Source of the DNA: an uncultured Gammaproteobacteria bacterium
GTDB taxonomy: Bacteria; Pseudomonadota; Gammaproteobacteria; CAWJPQ01
Assembly (NCBI GenBank): GCA_963844825.1
Contig: CAWJPQ010000006.1
Coordinates: forward strand, 136,512-200,511
Length of the DNA: 64,000 nt
Reading direction: 5' to 3'
This document shows positions 31,001 to 39,303 of this stretch, piece after piece. The position numbers and the translations under genes were made by a program. The notes beneath the pieces were generated by a model. The model was not told the DNA's origin. It made no database searches and was given only the letters and a program-made list of their open reading frames with translations. Every line of letters starts with the position of its first letter. Position 1 is the first letter of the stretch.

Positions 31001-31516
31001 CTGCTGGAGCGGGCGGTCCAGTCCCTCAAGGCCGGCCACCAGCCGGACCTGGACAAGCCCCTGAGCTTCGGCACCGAGGTGGACCTGCGCGTGCAGGCCC
31101 TGATCCCCGAGGATTACCTGCCCGATATCCACACCCGGCTGGTGATGTACAAGCGCATCGCCTCGGCCGCCTCCGACGAGGAGCTGCGCGACCTGCAGGT
31201 GGAGATGATCGACCGCTTCGGCCTCCTGCCGGAACCGACCAAGGCCCTGTTCCACATCACCCACCTCAAGCTCAAGGCCCAGCCCCTGGAGATCCGCAAG
31301 ATCGAGGCCGGCCCTTCCGGCGGCCGCCTGATCTTCGGTGAGCAGCCCAAGGTGAACACCGATAAGCTCATCGCGCTGATTCAGCGCCAGTCCAACATCT
31401 ACAAGCTGGACGGCAAGGAAAAGCTTCGCTTCAGAATCGACCTGCCCGAGGTCGATGAGCGCATGGAGTTCGTGGAGCGCCTGCTGGAAGAGCTGACACC
31501 GGCGCCGGGCGGGTAA
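28004..31516 (+). CDS. mfd: Transcription-repair coupling factor
   Basis: 1170 aa. UvrB-homology N-region, RNAP-interacting domain (VVHIDHGVGRYQGL), SF2 translocase motifs (GDVGFGKTEVA, DEEHRFG) and a TRG motif region. Confidence 0.97.
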   Translation: MTLAAAGQDPVPAGGTTPFQPIVPGRPGTTTHWGRLYGSSYGLVISAAARRHQGPVILVTPDTAAAEHLIHEIRFYTDGDDLPVSGFPDWETLPYDVFSPHQDIISQRLRTLYQLPSWHQGILVLPITTLLQRLPPRTYLNAYSLILRKGQALDVDNMRRRLEAAGYHCVSQAGEHGEFAVRGSLMDIFPMGSDVPYRIDLFDQEIETIRTFDPETQRSIDTQDEVELLPAREFPMTDDSIKHFRQAFRDTFEGDPQRSIIYRDISQGLGSAGIEYYLPLFFDTTESLFDYIPGQALLVVTEGVQEAAEAFRRQVEERYEQGRYNPERPLLPPARLYLDMETFDQAVAGFPRVELQHYEETQQGTGRDGAVNYCTAAPPLLRQDGRTPHSAAALKEFVSGFGGRVLFAAESPGRREVIKEMLHGAEVYPAAVSGWGEFVAGDQPIAITVGELDQGLVVEEPRLAVITESQLYGERASQRRRRKRPARDGDAVIRDLTDLNIGAPVVHIDHGVGRYQGLQTLAIGGVETEFLTLEYAGGDKLYVPVSSLHLINRYTGAAAEEAPLHKLGSGQWQKARQRAAQRAFDVAVELLDVYAKREARKGHAFHMPDEQYSGFCTAFPFEETPDQEQAIEQTIKDMAGDRPMDRLVCGDVGFGKTEVAMRAAFIAVQSNKQVAVLVPTTLLAQQHYQNFRDRFADWPVKVELLSRFRTKAQQDEVLRGIEKGTVDIVIGTHKLLNSNVKFKNLGLMILDEEHRFGVRQKEKLKALRSEVDVLTLTATPIPRTLNMALSGMRDLSIIATPPQHRLAIKTFVRPWDASLIREACLREIKRGGQVYFLHNEVRNIDKAARDLQAIVPEATIRVAHGQMPERELEHVMLDFYHQRFNILVCSTIIESGIDVPNANTIIINRADKFGLAQLYQLRGRVGRSHHQAYAFLIIPPRGAMTPDAIKRLDAIESLEELGSGFTLATHDLEIRGAGELLGDEQSGHMHEVGFTLYMELLERAVQSLKAGHQPDLDKPLSFGTEVDLRVQALIPEDYLPDIHTRLVMYKRIASAASDEELRDLQVEMIDRFGLLPEPTKALFHITHLKLKAQPLEIRKIEAGPSGGRLIFGEQPKVNTDKLIALIQRQSNIYKLDGKEKLRFRIDLPEVDERMEFVERLLEELTPAPGG

Positions 31517-31862
31517 CCCCTCCCCCTCACCCCGCCCTCTCCCCCAAGGGGGGAGAGGGGGAGAAACGGATCATCGCCCGTTCGGCGCGAAGGAAGACAA
31601 GGGGATTGAGCAAGGATTTGCCGCAGGCGCTTTTATACTCCCCCTCACCCCAACCCTGAGGGCGAGGCAGCAAGCAATTGTTTCTCGCTTCGGCGGATAG
31701 TCAGGATGCGGTGATCAAAAGGAGTTGTTGCAGCGGGCTATTACTGCCCTCCCCAGCTCTCTACCCTGAAGGGCATACTCCCGGTGGAACGCCCGCCCCG
31801 CGGCGGACCGTCTTATCCCTTCTCCCCCCCTTGGGGGGGGAGAAGGCTAGGATGAGGGGGGG
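31517..31862. repeat. REP/BIME-like repeat cluster (about 3 units) between convergent mfd and mshN
   Basis: cccctcaccccgccctctcccccaaggggggagaggg, ccccctcaccccaaccctgagggcgagg, cccttctcccccccttggggggggagaaggctaggatgagggg. Confidence 0.85.
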
Positions 31863-31872
31863 CTATCCGACT

Positions 31873-33093
31873 CTACCGCGTCGCCAGCTTTTCCCTTACA
31901 AACCTTTTCAGCTGTGGTGACAGCGAGCCGGTGCGCTGGGCCCTGCGATAGGCGCGGCGCGCCTCGTCCGGCGCGCCCGTCGCCTCCATGGAGATGCCCA
32001 GCCCCAGCCACCACACGCCGTTGCGCGGCTGGCGGGCGACCAGTTTTCGATACAGGGCACCGGCCCGGCCGTAGTCGCCGAGGCGCTGGTACACGGCGGC
32101 CAGGAGCGCATGGTAGGACGGGTCAGCGGTCATGGCCGGGGGGTGACCTTCCAGGAGCTTCCTGGCGGCACCGTTATCCCCCTGGAGGACATCGACGCGC
32201 GCCCGCAGCTCGATAAGGGACGGGTCTTGCGGTGCGAGCCGCAATCCCTCGTCGAGCAGGGCGCCGGCGGCATGGAGCTGGCCCGCCTTGATCATCAAGC
32301 CCGCCAGGGCGCGGCGGCTCGCCGCGTGATCCGGCTCGACGGCCAGGGCGGCGGCGAGCTTGTCCCGGGCCTCCTGCGCCCGGCCCTGCCTGATCAGGGC
32401 AAGGGCCGCCCGGTGCAGGTGCGAGGCGCGTTGCTCCGGCGTCGTCACGGGGAAATGTTTGGCCACCCGCCCCTTGCTCCGCTGCGCGGCGCCCGCCGCC
32501 TTGGAATGAGCCGCCCGCCGGCGCGCGGCCCCTTGATGCGCCCTGCCGCCCCCGTCGCCCTCCGGGTTCCGTGCGGCCGGCGTCGCGGGGTGGGGCCTTG
32601 GGTTACCCGCGCCCGCCGCGCCGGGTCCGGGCGCCTCACGGGCCGGGGGCGCGCCGCCCTCCCCGTCGGCGGCATCGTCCTGCCCCCGGGCGATGCTGCC
32701 GATCAGCGCCAGGCCGGCGGCCGGGTCCGGGGCCTTCGCGGCCACCACGGTGCGGGCGGGCGTCGTGCCGCCGCCGTCGCTGGGAGCGGCGACAGCGGGC
32801 GGTGCCTGCGGCTGCCGTTCGCCGCCGGCCGGCGGCGCGGCGACGGACCCCGGGCCGTGCGCGCTCCGAAGCGCACCGTCACCGCCGGACGGCGCACCAC
32901 TGAAATAGAGGCCGTAGACCGCCACCAGGGCCGCCGCGGTCACGCCGGCGGCGAGGTAGCGCCCCCCAGGCAGACGCGGCGCCCGCGACAACTCGGGACG
33001 CCAGCCGATGCCCGACAGCACCACGCCTTCGGGAGGTGCCTGGCTCCCCTTGCGCTTCTCCAGATCCCTGAGCATATCGTTAATCAGACTCAT
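31873..33093 (-). CDS. mshN: MSHA-type pilus biogenesis TPR protein MshN-like
   Basis: 406 aa. N-terminus MSLINDMLRDLEKRK plus a TM segment, an Ala/Pro/Gly-rich linker and C-terminal TPR repeats. It lies downstream of the mshM-like gene. Confidence 0.7.
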   Translation of the reverse strand: MSLINDMLRDLEKRKGSQAPPEGVVLSGIGWRPELSRAPRLPGGRYLAAGVTAAALVAVYGLYFSGAPSGGDGALRSAHGPGSVAAPPAGGERQPQAPPAVAAPSDGGGTTPARTVVAAKAPDPAAGLALIGSIARGQDDAADGEGGAPPAREAPGPGAAGAGNPRPHPATPAARNPEGDGGGRAHQGAARRRAAHSKAAGAAQRSKGRVAKHFPVTTPEQRASHLHRAALALIRQGRAQEARDKLAAALAVEPDHAASRRALAGLMIKAGQLHAAGALLDEGLRLAPQDPSLIELRARVDVLQGDNGAARKLLEGHPPAMTADPSYHALLAAVYQRLGDYGRAGALYRKLVARQPRNGVWWLGLGISMEATGAPDEARRAYRRAQRTGSLSPQLKRFVREKLATR

Positions 33094-33124
33094 GTCCTTC
33101 TCCGCGGTGGGGTCATGTCATGGA

Positions 33125-33570
33125 TTTGAGCGGGCGGGTGACGATCTTTTCTCCCCTGCCGGGGAGAAGGTCGGGATGAGGGTGATCGGCAGACGGGTAC
33201 CCCATCAATACGCCCCTCACCCCTGCCCTCTCCCCGGAGGGGAGAGGGGGCAAGACGCGGCACCCTCTCAGTGCGGGAGGATGTCTCACCCCCTTCTCCC
33301 CTGCAAGGGGAGAAGGTCGGGATGAGGGGTGATCGATAGACGGGTACACCATCAATACACCCCTCACCCCTGCCCTCTCCCCGAGGGGAGAGGGGGCAAG
33401 ACGCGGCACCCTCTCAGTGCGGGAGGCTGTCTCACCCCCTTCTCCCCTGCAAGGGGAGAAGGTGGGATGAGGGGTGATCGATAGACGGGTACCTCATCAA
33501 TACGCCCCTCACCCCTGCCCTCTCCCCGGAGGGGCAGGACGGGCCTCTCGGTGCGGGAGAGTCGCTGAAT
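33125..33570. repeat. Higher-order tandem repeat: ~145-bp composite REP unit x about 3
   Basis: The unit start ('ctcccctgc') recurs at about 33151, 33296 and 33442. Each unit holds two hairpins (cttctcccctgcaaggggagaagg..gggatgagggg and cccctcacccctgccctctccccgaggggagaggg) plus conserved spacers. Confidence 0.9.
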
Positions 33571-33608
33571 ACCGTTGCTCGCCCAGGGATACTCATCCAT
33601 CGCCCGCC

Positions 33609-34568
33609 TCAAGGCAGGCGCGCCACCACTTGGTGTGTGACGTCAAGGCCGCCGTGGTGGGCGATGAAATAGGAGCCGATGAGCGTCCCCAGGGTGACCA
33701 GCACCGCGAAAGAGCCATAGGCGAGCCTCATGCGCGGCGGGGGCGGCGGGGCGGCGGGTTGAATGCTCTCGGTGTCGTCCACCGCCTGGCGCACGTGCCG
33801 GCGCCGGATCATCGCCTCACCCTTGCCGTAGGCGGCCATGAGCGACTTGTTGCACAGGATATTGACCAGCCTCGGGATCCCCCGGCTGGAGCGGTGCAAT
33901 TCCCTGATCGCCCCCGAGCTGAACAGGCGCCGGCCGGTGTAACCGGCGCTGCGCAGGCGGTGGCTCACATAGGCCTCCACGCAGTAGCGGTTCAGGGGGT
34001 TGAGGTGATAGGAAAAGGTGATGCGCTGACGCAGTTGCTGATAGACATTGCGCGACAGGCGCTGGTCGAGCTCGGGCTGGCCGAAGAACACCACCTGCAG
34101 CAGCTTCTGTTTCTCGGTCTCCAGGTTGGTCAACAGGCGGATGCACTCCAGGCTGCTGTCGGGCATCGCCTGGGCCTCGTCCACGCACAGCACCACGCGC
34201 TTGCCGGCGCGCTTGAGTTCCATGAGCCGGTGGGTGATGCGCTTGAACAACAGGTACAGGCCGTCATAGCGGTCCGTCTCCAGCCCCAGTTCCTCGGCAA
34301 CGGCCATCAGCAACCCCGTGGGGTACAGGAACGGGTTGGGGATGTAGAGCGTCTCGAAGCGCTCCCCGAGGGTGTTGATCAGCTTGCGGCACAGCACGGT
34401 CTTGCCCGTTCCCACCGCCCCGGTGATCTTGATGAACCCCTCGCCGCCGCTGAGGGCCACGAGCAGCACGTTGAGGGCCTCCTGGTGACTGGCGTAGTTG
34501 CAGAAGAAATTGGTATCGGGCGTCAGGCGAAAGGGCGCATCATTGAGTCTAAAATGTTCGAGATACAT
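33609..34568 (-). CDS. mshM: ExeA/GspA-family AAA ATPase, MshM-like
   Basis: 319 aa starting MYLEHFRLNDAPFRLTPDTNFF. Walker A is GAVGTGKT. Matches the MshM/ExeA N-terminal pattern. Confidence 0.85.
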   Translation of the reverse strand: MYLEHFRLNDAPFRLTPDTNFFCNYASHQEALNVLLVALSGGEGFIKITGAVGTGKTVLCRKLINTLGERFETLYIPNPFLYPTGLLMAVAEELGLETDRYDGLYLLFKRITHRLMELKRAGKRVVLCVDEAQAMPDSSLECIRLLTNLETEKQKLLQVVFFGQPELDQRLSRNVYQQLRQRITFSYHLNPLNRYCVEAYVSHRLRSAGYTGRRLFSSGAIRELHRSSRGIPRLVNILCNKSLMAAYGKGEAMIRRRHVRQAVDDTESIQPAAPPPPPRMRLAYGSFAVLVTLGTLIGSYFIAHHGGLDVTHQVVARLP

Positions 34569-34849
34569 GGCGTTCCATCCCTTTGAGAAGTCCGTTCAGG
34601 TTGACCGTCACAGCGCCGCCCTTCCCCCTGGGGGGAAGGGTATGATCAATGCGTCTCGGCGTCTGTGATTGTTGGAAGCGCACGGCGGCTTGTCCATCCG
34701 TGCGCTCCCCGATATTCCATGACCCATCCCTGGGCCCAGTCCAGTCCATTGTACCTGGACGGCCGTTTGGCCGCCGCAATTGGGGTGCCTGTCCGAGGGG
34801 ACGTGCCGCTGATTCCCCGGAGAGGCGCCCGGGAGGGCGATGCGGACCA

Positions 34850-36325
34850 TCAGTGCCCACCCTCCGCGATATTCCTTGGCCCATCCCTGGGCCGGGTACT
34901 TTCCCTGACCGGTTGGCCGACCACCGTCGGCCGTAACAAAATAACCAGTTCGCTCCTCGATTCCACGTGCCGGGTGTGGCGAAACAGGCGCCCGAGCAGG
35001 GGGATATGGCCCAGGACCGGCACCACAGACTCCTCGGGGGTGCTCCGATCCTGGAGCATGCCGCCGATCATCACCACCTGCCCGCTCTTGGCGCGGATGA
35101 CGCTGTCCGATTCGCGGATGCTGCTCAGCGCCAGGGGCAGCTCCTCGGTCTTGTCCGCCACGGTGAAGCTCTTGGTCTGGTCGCGCACCTCGCTGACCGC
35201 CGGATGCATATGCAGCATCACCTCCCCCTTGCCGCTGATCTGCGGCGTCACCTCCAGGGCGATGCCGGAGAAAAAGGGCCTGAGGGTCACCCCCCGGGCG
35301 CCCGCCCCCGGGACATCGGTGACGAAAAACTCGTCCGTACCCGCCTTGATCACCGCCTTTTGATTATTGAGCGTGGAAAGCCGCGGGCTCGACAGCACCC
35401 GCACCTGCCCCTGGGTCCCCAGGGCGCGGATCAGCGGGGCGAAGTCATGGCGTGCCAGGGCCATGGTGACCCCCCCCGACGAGGTCCCCGTGCCCTTGCC
35501 GGCGGCGCCCGCCGGGGCCACGGTCCCCCAGTCGATGCCCGCCTGGGAGCGCTCGTTCAGGCGCACCTCCAGGACCTTGGCCTCCAGCCGCACGGACCGC
35601 CGCGCGGCACGCTGGATCGCCGCCAGGTACCGCCCCACGCGGCGCAGCCCGGCCGGATAGGCCTGCACCATGACCATGCCGGCCCCGGGATTGACCGTGA
35701 CCTTGCGCCCGCCGCCGGCCCCGAGCATGCCGGTCAGGGTCCCCTCGAGGCCCTTCCAGAAGTCGGCCTCGGAGCTGGTGTCGACGGTGCCGTCCGCCCC
35801 GCCGATCCGCAGCCGGGAGGCACCGCGGCGTTTGACGTCCAGGTAGCTGACCTGAAAGATGCGCGAGTGCACCCGCGGCGGAAATACCTTGTACAGGTGA
35901 CCGTCGCGCTCATATTCGTAGCCGTAGATATCCCGAACCAGGCGCATGACCCTGGGCACCGTCACGCCCTTCAGGTTCAACGAGACCCGGCCGGTCACCC
36001 CGGGGTGCACCACCACGTTATAGGGCGTGCCGTCCACCAGGCTCATGAAGAACCGCCCGGCCGGCAGGTCCACGGCCGACACATCGAAGCGCGGTCCCGC
36101 GGTCCCGCCTCCACCGCCCGGCCCGGGTCCCCCGCCGCCGGCGATGTTCAGGGGCGGCAGCAGGGCATCAGAGACCGCCGGCGGCACGGCCGGGGGTCCG
36201 TGGGCGGGCGCCGGCGCCTGTGCCGCGGGCGGCACGGGCGCCGGGGGGACCGCCGGATCGGCGGCGCAGCCGGCAAGCAGCCACGCGGCCCCCAGCCACC
36301 CCGCCAGCCGCCAGGCCCGCCTCAT
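34850..36325 (-). CDS. mshL: Secretin, MshL-like (lipoprotein signal)
   Basis: 491 aa with lipobox LLAGC. Secretin C-domain: LSTLNNQKAVIKAGTDEFFVT...ALEVTPQISG...VVPVLGHIPLLGRLFR...SELVILLRPTVV. Confidence 0.9.
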   Translation of the reverse strand: MRRAWRLAGWLGAAWLLAGCAADPAVPPAPVPPAAQAPAPAHGPPAVPPAVSDALLPPLNIAGGGGPGPGGGGGTAGPRFDVSAVDLPAGRFFMSLVDGTPYNVVVHPGVTGRVSLNLKGVTVPRVMRLVRDIYGYEYERDGHLYKVFPPRVHSRIFQVSYLDVKRRGASRLRIGGADGTVDTSSEADFWKGLEGTLTGMLGAGGGRKVTVNPGAGMVMVQAYPAGLRRVGRYLAAIQRAARRSVRLEAKVLEVRLNERSQAGIDWGTVAPAGAAGKGTGTSSGGVTMALARHDFAPLIRALGTQGQVRVLSSPRLSTLNNQKAVIKAGTDEFFVTDVPGAGARGVTLRPFFSGIALEVTPQISGKGEVMLHMHPAVSEVRDQTKSFTVADKTEELPLALSSIRESDSVIRAKSGQVVMIGGMLQDRSTPEESVVPVLGHIPLLGRLFRHTRHVESRSELVILLRPTVVGQPVRESTRPRDGPRNIAEGGH

Positions 36326-36684
36326 CGCTCACCCCCCCGGCGCGCCGGCGCCTTGACCGTGTGCTGCACCAACGGGACCGCCTGTTCGCCGCCGGGGCCC
36401 TTCAATATCACCTGGCCGGCGCTGATCTTCACCACCGTCATGCCGTCGATGCGGCCGCCCTCGCGCACCACCCGGCCGTTGATGACGGCCACCCGCCGCC
36501 GGGGCGAGACCAGGGTGGAGGTCAGGTCCCAGGGGCGCTGGGCCTGCCCGTCCCGGGCCTGATACGCGGGCGGGCGGGTGGGGTCGGCCAGCTGGCCCTG
36601 GGCCGCCACCGCCATGCAGCAGGCCGCCGCGCAGGACAGGCCCACCAGGGACACGCGCCGACGGGTGCTCACGCGCCGATCCAT
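36322..36684 (-). CDS. mshK: MshK-like pilus biogenesis protein
   Basis: The last 120 codons of the long ORF 36322..37284. Signal-like segment VSLVGLSCAAACCMAVAA, then LADPTRPP...RRVAVINGRVVREGGRIDGMTVVKISAGQVILKG, typical of MshK. The upstream part of the ORF is a GC-rich read-through overlapping mshJ. Confidence 0.7.
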   Translation of the reverse strand: MDRRVSTRRRVSLVGLSCAAACCMAVAAQGQLADPTRPPAYQARDGQAQRPWDLTSTLVSPRRRVAVINGRVVREGGRIDGMTVVKISAGQVILKGPGGEQAVPLVQHTVKAPARRGGER

Positions 36685-37319
36685 CCCGCCTCCATGCTCA
36701 TGGTGTACACCACCAGGCTCCCCTCGGCCTCGGGGTAATCCTTGACGTCGTAGTCCAGATCCCCCCAGAAGAACCGCCAGGGCAGCCCCTCCAGGGCCTT
36801 GAGATACCGCAGGGTCTCCAGATACCCCCCCTTGAACCGGATGCGCACCCCGTGCATGAACACATGATGCACGCCCTCCTCCTGGGCGGCCTCGGCGTGC
36901 TTGTCCACCAGGGGCTTGGGCGCCAGGCTCTCGATACTGACCAGGGTCAGCCGGGTGTTGCGGGTCAGGATGCTGTGCAGGACCGTCCTCATCCGGCGCG
37001 GATCGATCATCTCCCCCTTGAGCTGCTTGATGCGATGGTCCAGCTTGTCGATGTCGAACTCGAGCCCGGCGATACGGGCGCGCTTGTCCGCTGCGGGGGA
37101 CGTACCCCCCTCCTGCTGCGCCCCCGGCCCCCCCGCCTGCAGGCCGGCGATCTGATGCTGCTTGCGCACCGCCTCCAGCTGCAGGCTGCGCTGGTGCCGG
37201 ACCAGGGGCGCCATGAGCGCGGCATACCAGACCAGCACGATCACGGCGAGCACCGCCATGAAGGCGGTCAGCCGCCCCGGCCACGGGAGGGCGTTCAATC
37301 GTGCGGTCGTATGTCCCAT
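36669..37319 (-). CDS. mshJ: MshJ-like (PilO/GspM-type) pilus assembly protein
   Basis: Single TM (LTAFMAVLAVIVLVWYAALMA), a coiled coil and a PilO-like C-domain. Start chosen at the internal Met (MGHTTARLNAL), because the longer ORF overlaps the upstream gene. Confidence 0.65.
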   Translation of the reverse strand: MGHTTARLNALPWPGRLTAFMAVLAVIVLVWYAALMAPLVRHQRSLQLEAVRKQHQIAGLQAGGPGAQQEGGTSPAADKRARIAGLEFDIDKLDHRIKQLKGEMIDPRRMRTVLHSILTRNTRLTLVSIESLAPKPLVDKHAEAAQEEGVHHVFMHGVRIRFKGGYLETLRYLKALEGLPWRFFWGDLDYDVKDYPEAEGSLVVYTMSMEAGWIGA

Positions 37320-37332
37320 CACGCCCACGGCC

Positions 37333-37950
37333 TCAATCCTCCGGCGCGCCGGTCTTGACGGCGAAGTCCACCGCCGTGGCGGCATGGGCGCGGCGCGTCA
37401 TCTTGAAGGTGCGAAAGGCCCTGCCGGCATAGACCGGCTCCCCGGACAGGCGCTTCAGGTAGCGGGGCACGAGCTTCGGGTCCAGGGCACTGCCGGCCAG
37501 GGACAGGTCGCTGCCGCCGTGGCCGATGGCGATGTGCCGCAGCCAGACCCCGGACTGGGTCTGGCGGGCAAGGCCCTCCAGGTAGGCGGAAAAGCCCCCG
37601 GTAGTGCCCGTCGAGGGGCCCGCCAGGAGATTGAGCACATGCCCCTTGGCCCGCTTCTCCTCGGTCAGACGCGCGATCCGCCGGTCCAGGTCGGCCGCCT
37701 CCGGACCCTGCCCGGCCTGCTCGCGGCGCTGGGCGGCCGCGGCCTGTTGCTGGGAATAGTCGGCCTCGAGCCGCGCCACCCGCCCCTCGAGGGCCGCGAC
37801 CTGGCTCCTGTGCACGAAGTAGTAGGCCAGCAGCCCGGCCACCGCCAGCAGGGTCAGGCTCACCAGCAGCTGCGCGGGCAGGACCACCTGCCGGCGGCGA
37901 AAGCCCCGATCGAGCAGGTTGACTTGCTGGTGATCGTGAAGGTCACTCAT
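37333..37950 (-). CDS. PilN-like fimbrial assembly protein (MshI C-terminal-type module)
   Basis: N-terminus QVNLLDRGFRRRQ followed by a TM (LLVSLTLLAVAGLLAYYFV) and a coiled coil, the PilN hallmark. Start taken at MSDLHDHQQ. Confidence 0.7.
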   Translation of the reverse strand: MSDLHDHQQVNLLDRGFRRRQVVLPAQLLVSLTLLAVAGLLAYYFVHRSQVAALEGRVARLEADYSQQQAAAAQRREQAGQGPEAADLDRRIARLTEEKRAKGHVLNLLAGPSTGTTGGFSAYLEGLARQTQSGVWLRHIAIGHGGSDLSLAGSALDPKLVPRYLKRLSGEPVYAGRAFRTFKMTRRAHAATAVDFAVKTGAPED

Positions 37951-38995
37951 GTCGCAGGGCCGCCCCAACGGTTAACAAACAATGCCTCAGCCGGTTGTCG
38001 CGCAGGTGGACCAGAGACTGCAGCCGCCGGTCGAGCTCCAAAGGCTTTACTGCGATGTTGACCCCGGCCCCGACGTATTCCGCAAAACCTGGCACCAGAT
38101 CGTCCACGGGCGTCATCACCATGGACGTGATGGGCGGATTCAGGCAGTGGCGCTCGTAGTAGTCCAGCGCCCGCTGCACCTCCAGCACGACGCCGTCCAG
38201 GGCGTTGTCCAGCGCCGAGGTCCGGCGCCCCTCCTCCGCCATGTCCTGGGCGCGAAGGCGCTGCAGGTGCTCGATCCCCACGTGAATCTCCCGCGCCAGG
38301 TACAGGGTGCCGCGGTGCGTCAGGGTGAGCCGGCCGCTGTGCCGGCCCATATGAAGCAGCGCCACGCCGTCCCAATCCTCCGGCAGCAGCTCCGCGGCAT
38401 TGCGCATGGCAAGCTCCGGCACATCGATGACATCCAGCTTCAGGCCCGCGCCCTCGATCAGCTCGATGCGCCGGCTGATCGCGGCCGCATGGGCCACCAC
38501 CACGTAGAGCATCCGCCCCCCGTGCCCGCGCAGGTTGCGCCCCGGCACATCGAACACATCGATCACCGCCTCCTCGACGGGAAAATCGATCAGCTCCTTG
38601 ACCCGCCAGCGCAGGGCATCGTGCATCTCGTCCGGCGCCACGTTGGGCGCGTCCACCAGGTGCAGGCTGTAGGTGCCCGGCTCCATCACGGCGGAGCAGC
38701 GGGCCCGCTTCAGGCCGTGGCTGTCCACCAGGGAACTCAGCAGTGCCGGCCACTCCTCCTTGTTGTAACAGGGCTTGTAGTCGCACACCTCCATGCCCGG
38801 CGGGTCGTACGCGCGGTCCACATACGCCAGGCACACGCCCTCGTCCGTCACGCCCACCGCCGCCAGGCCCGTGGGCCCGGGCGCGGGTTTGAACAAGGAA
38901 AACAGAGAGAAGTGTGATGTCGCCGCCGTGGGATGAGGTGGCCTCTTGTGCGGCTTCTCTGAGACGCCAACTGCGGTTGCGCCGGTCTCAGTCAT
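37943..38995 (-). CDS. mshI: PilM/MshI-like actin-fold pilus assembly protein
   Basis: 350 aa. First gene of the msh-like operon, with a PilM-like pattern (GLAAVGVTDEGVCLAYV...VIDVPELAMRNAAELL...). Start is uncertain. Confidence 0.65.
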   Translation of the reverse strand: MTETGATAVGVSEKPHKRPPHPTAATSHFSLFSLFKPAPGPTGLAAVGVTDEGVCLAYVDRAYDPPGMEVCDYKPCYNKEEWPALLSSLVDSHGLKRARCSAVMEPGTYSLHLVDAPNVAPDEMHDALRWRVKELIDFPVEEAVIDVFDVPGRNLRGHGGRMLYVVVAHAAAISRRIELIEGAGLKLDVIDVPELAMRNAAELLPEDWDGVALLHMGRHSGRLTLTHRGTLYLAREIHVGIEHLQRLRAQDMAEEGRRTSALDNALDGVVLEVQRALDYYERHCLNPPITSMVMTPVDDLVPGFAEYVGAGVNIAVKPLELDRRLQSLVHLRDNRLRHCLLTVGAALRHE

Positions 38996-39276
38996 CGACG
39001 ACGTCCTATCCGGTTAAGTGGCTTGCTCTTTTCCCATGCCAGTGGCCTCGACAGGCATCAACCACTAGAAATTGGTCCGACCAGCAATTCTCGGCACAAT
39101 ATACTGTGTTTCCAGGGGCAATGCAAAAATCCTCTGCCGCGGGGAGGGGCGTATGACCCGTGAGGGATCGGGGTAATCAGCCCCCCGCTCCCTCCGGGAC
39201 AGGATCGGGATGAGGGCGTCCATAAGGGATTTCCGGCAGCGGCGTTCGTCCCCTCGGCCCAAGCTCCCCCGGAGAA

Positions 39277-39303
39277 AGAAAAAATGCCTGCCCGCTCAGG
39301 CAG
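39277..39303 (-). terminator. Putative intrinsic terminator overlapping the stop of the exonuclease gene
   Basis: The minus strand reads GCCTG-AGCGGG-CAGGC followed by ATTTTTTCTTTC. Confidence 0.55.

Noticed and set aside
36322-37284. 320-aa ORF spanning mshK and most of mshJ in another frame
   Set aside because: Only the last 120 codons look like MshK (signal-like segment plus the LADPTRP...INGR...G motif). The remainder is Arg/Gly/Ala-rich read-through overlapping the better-supported mshJ frame.
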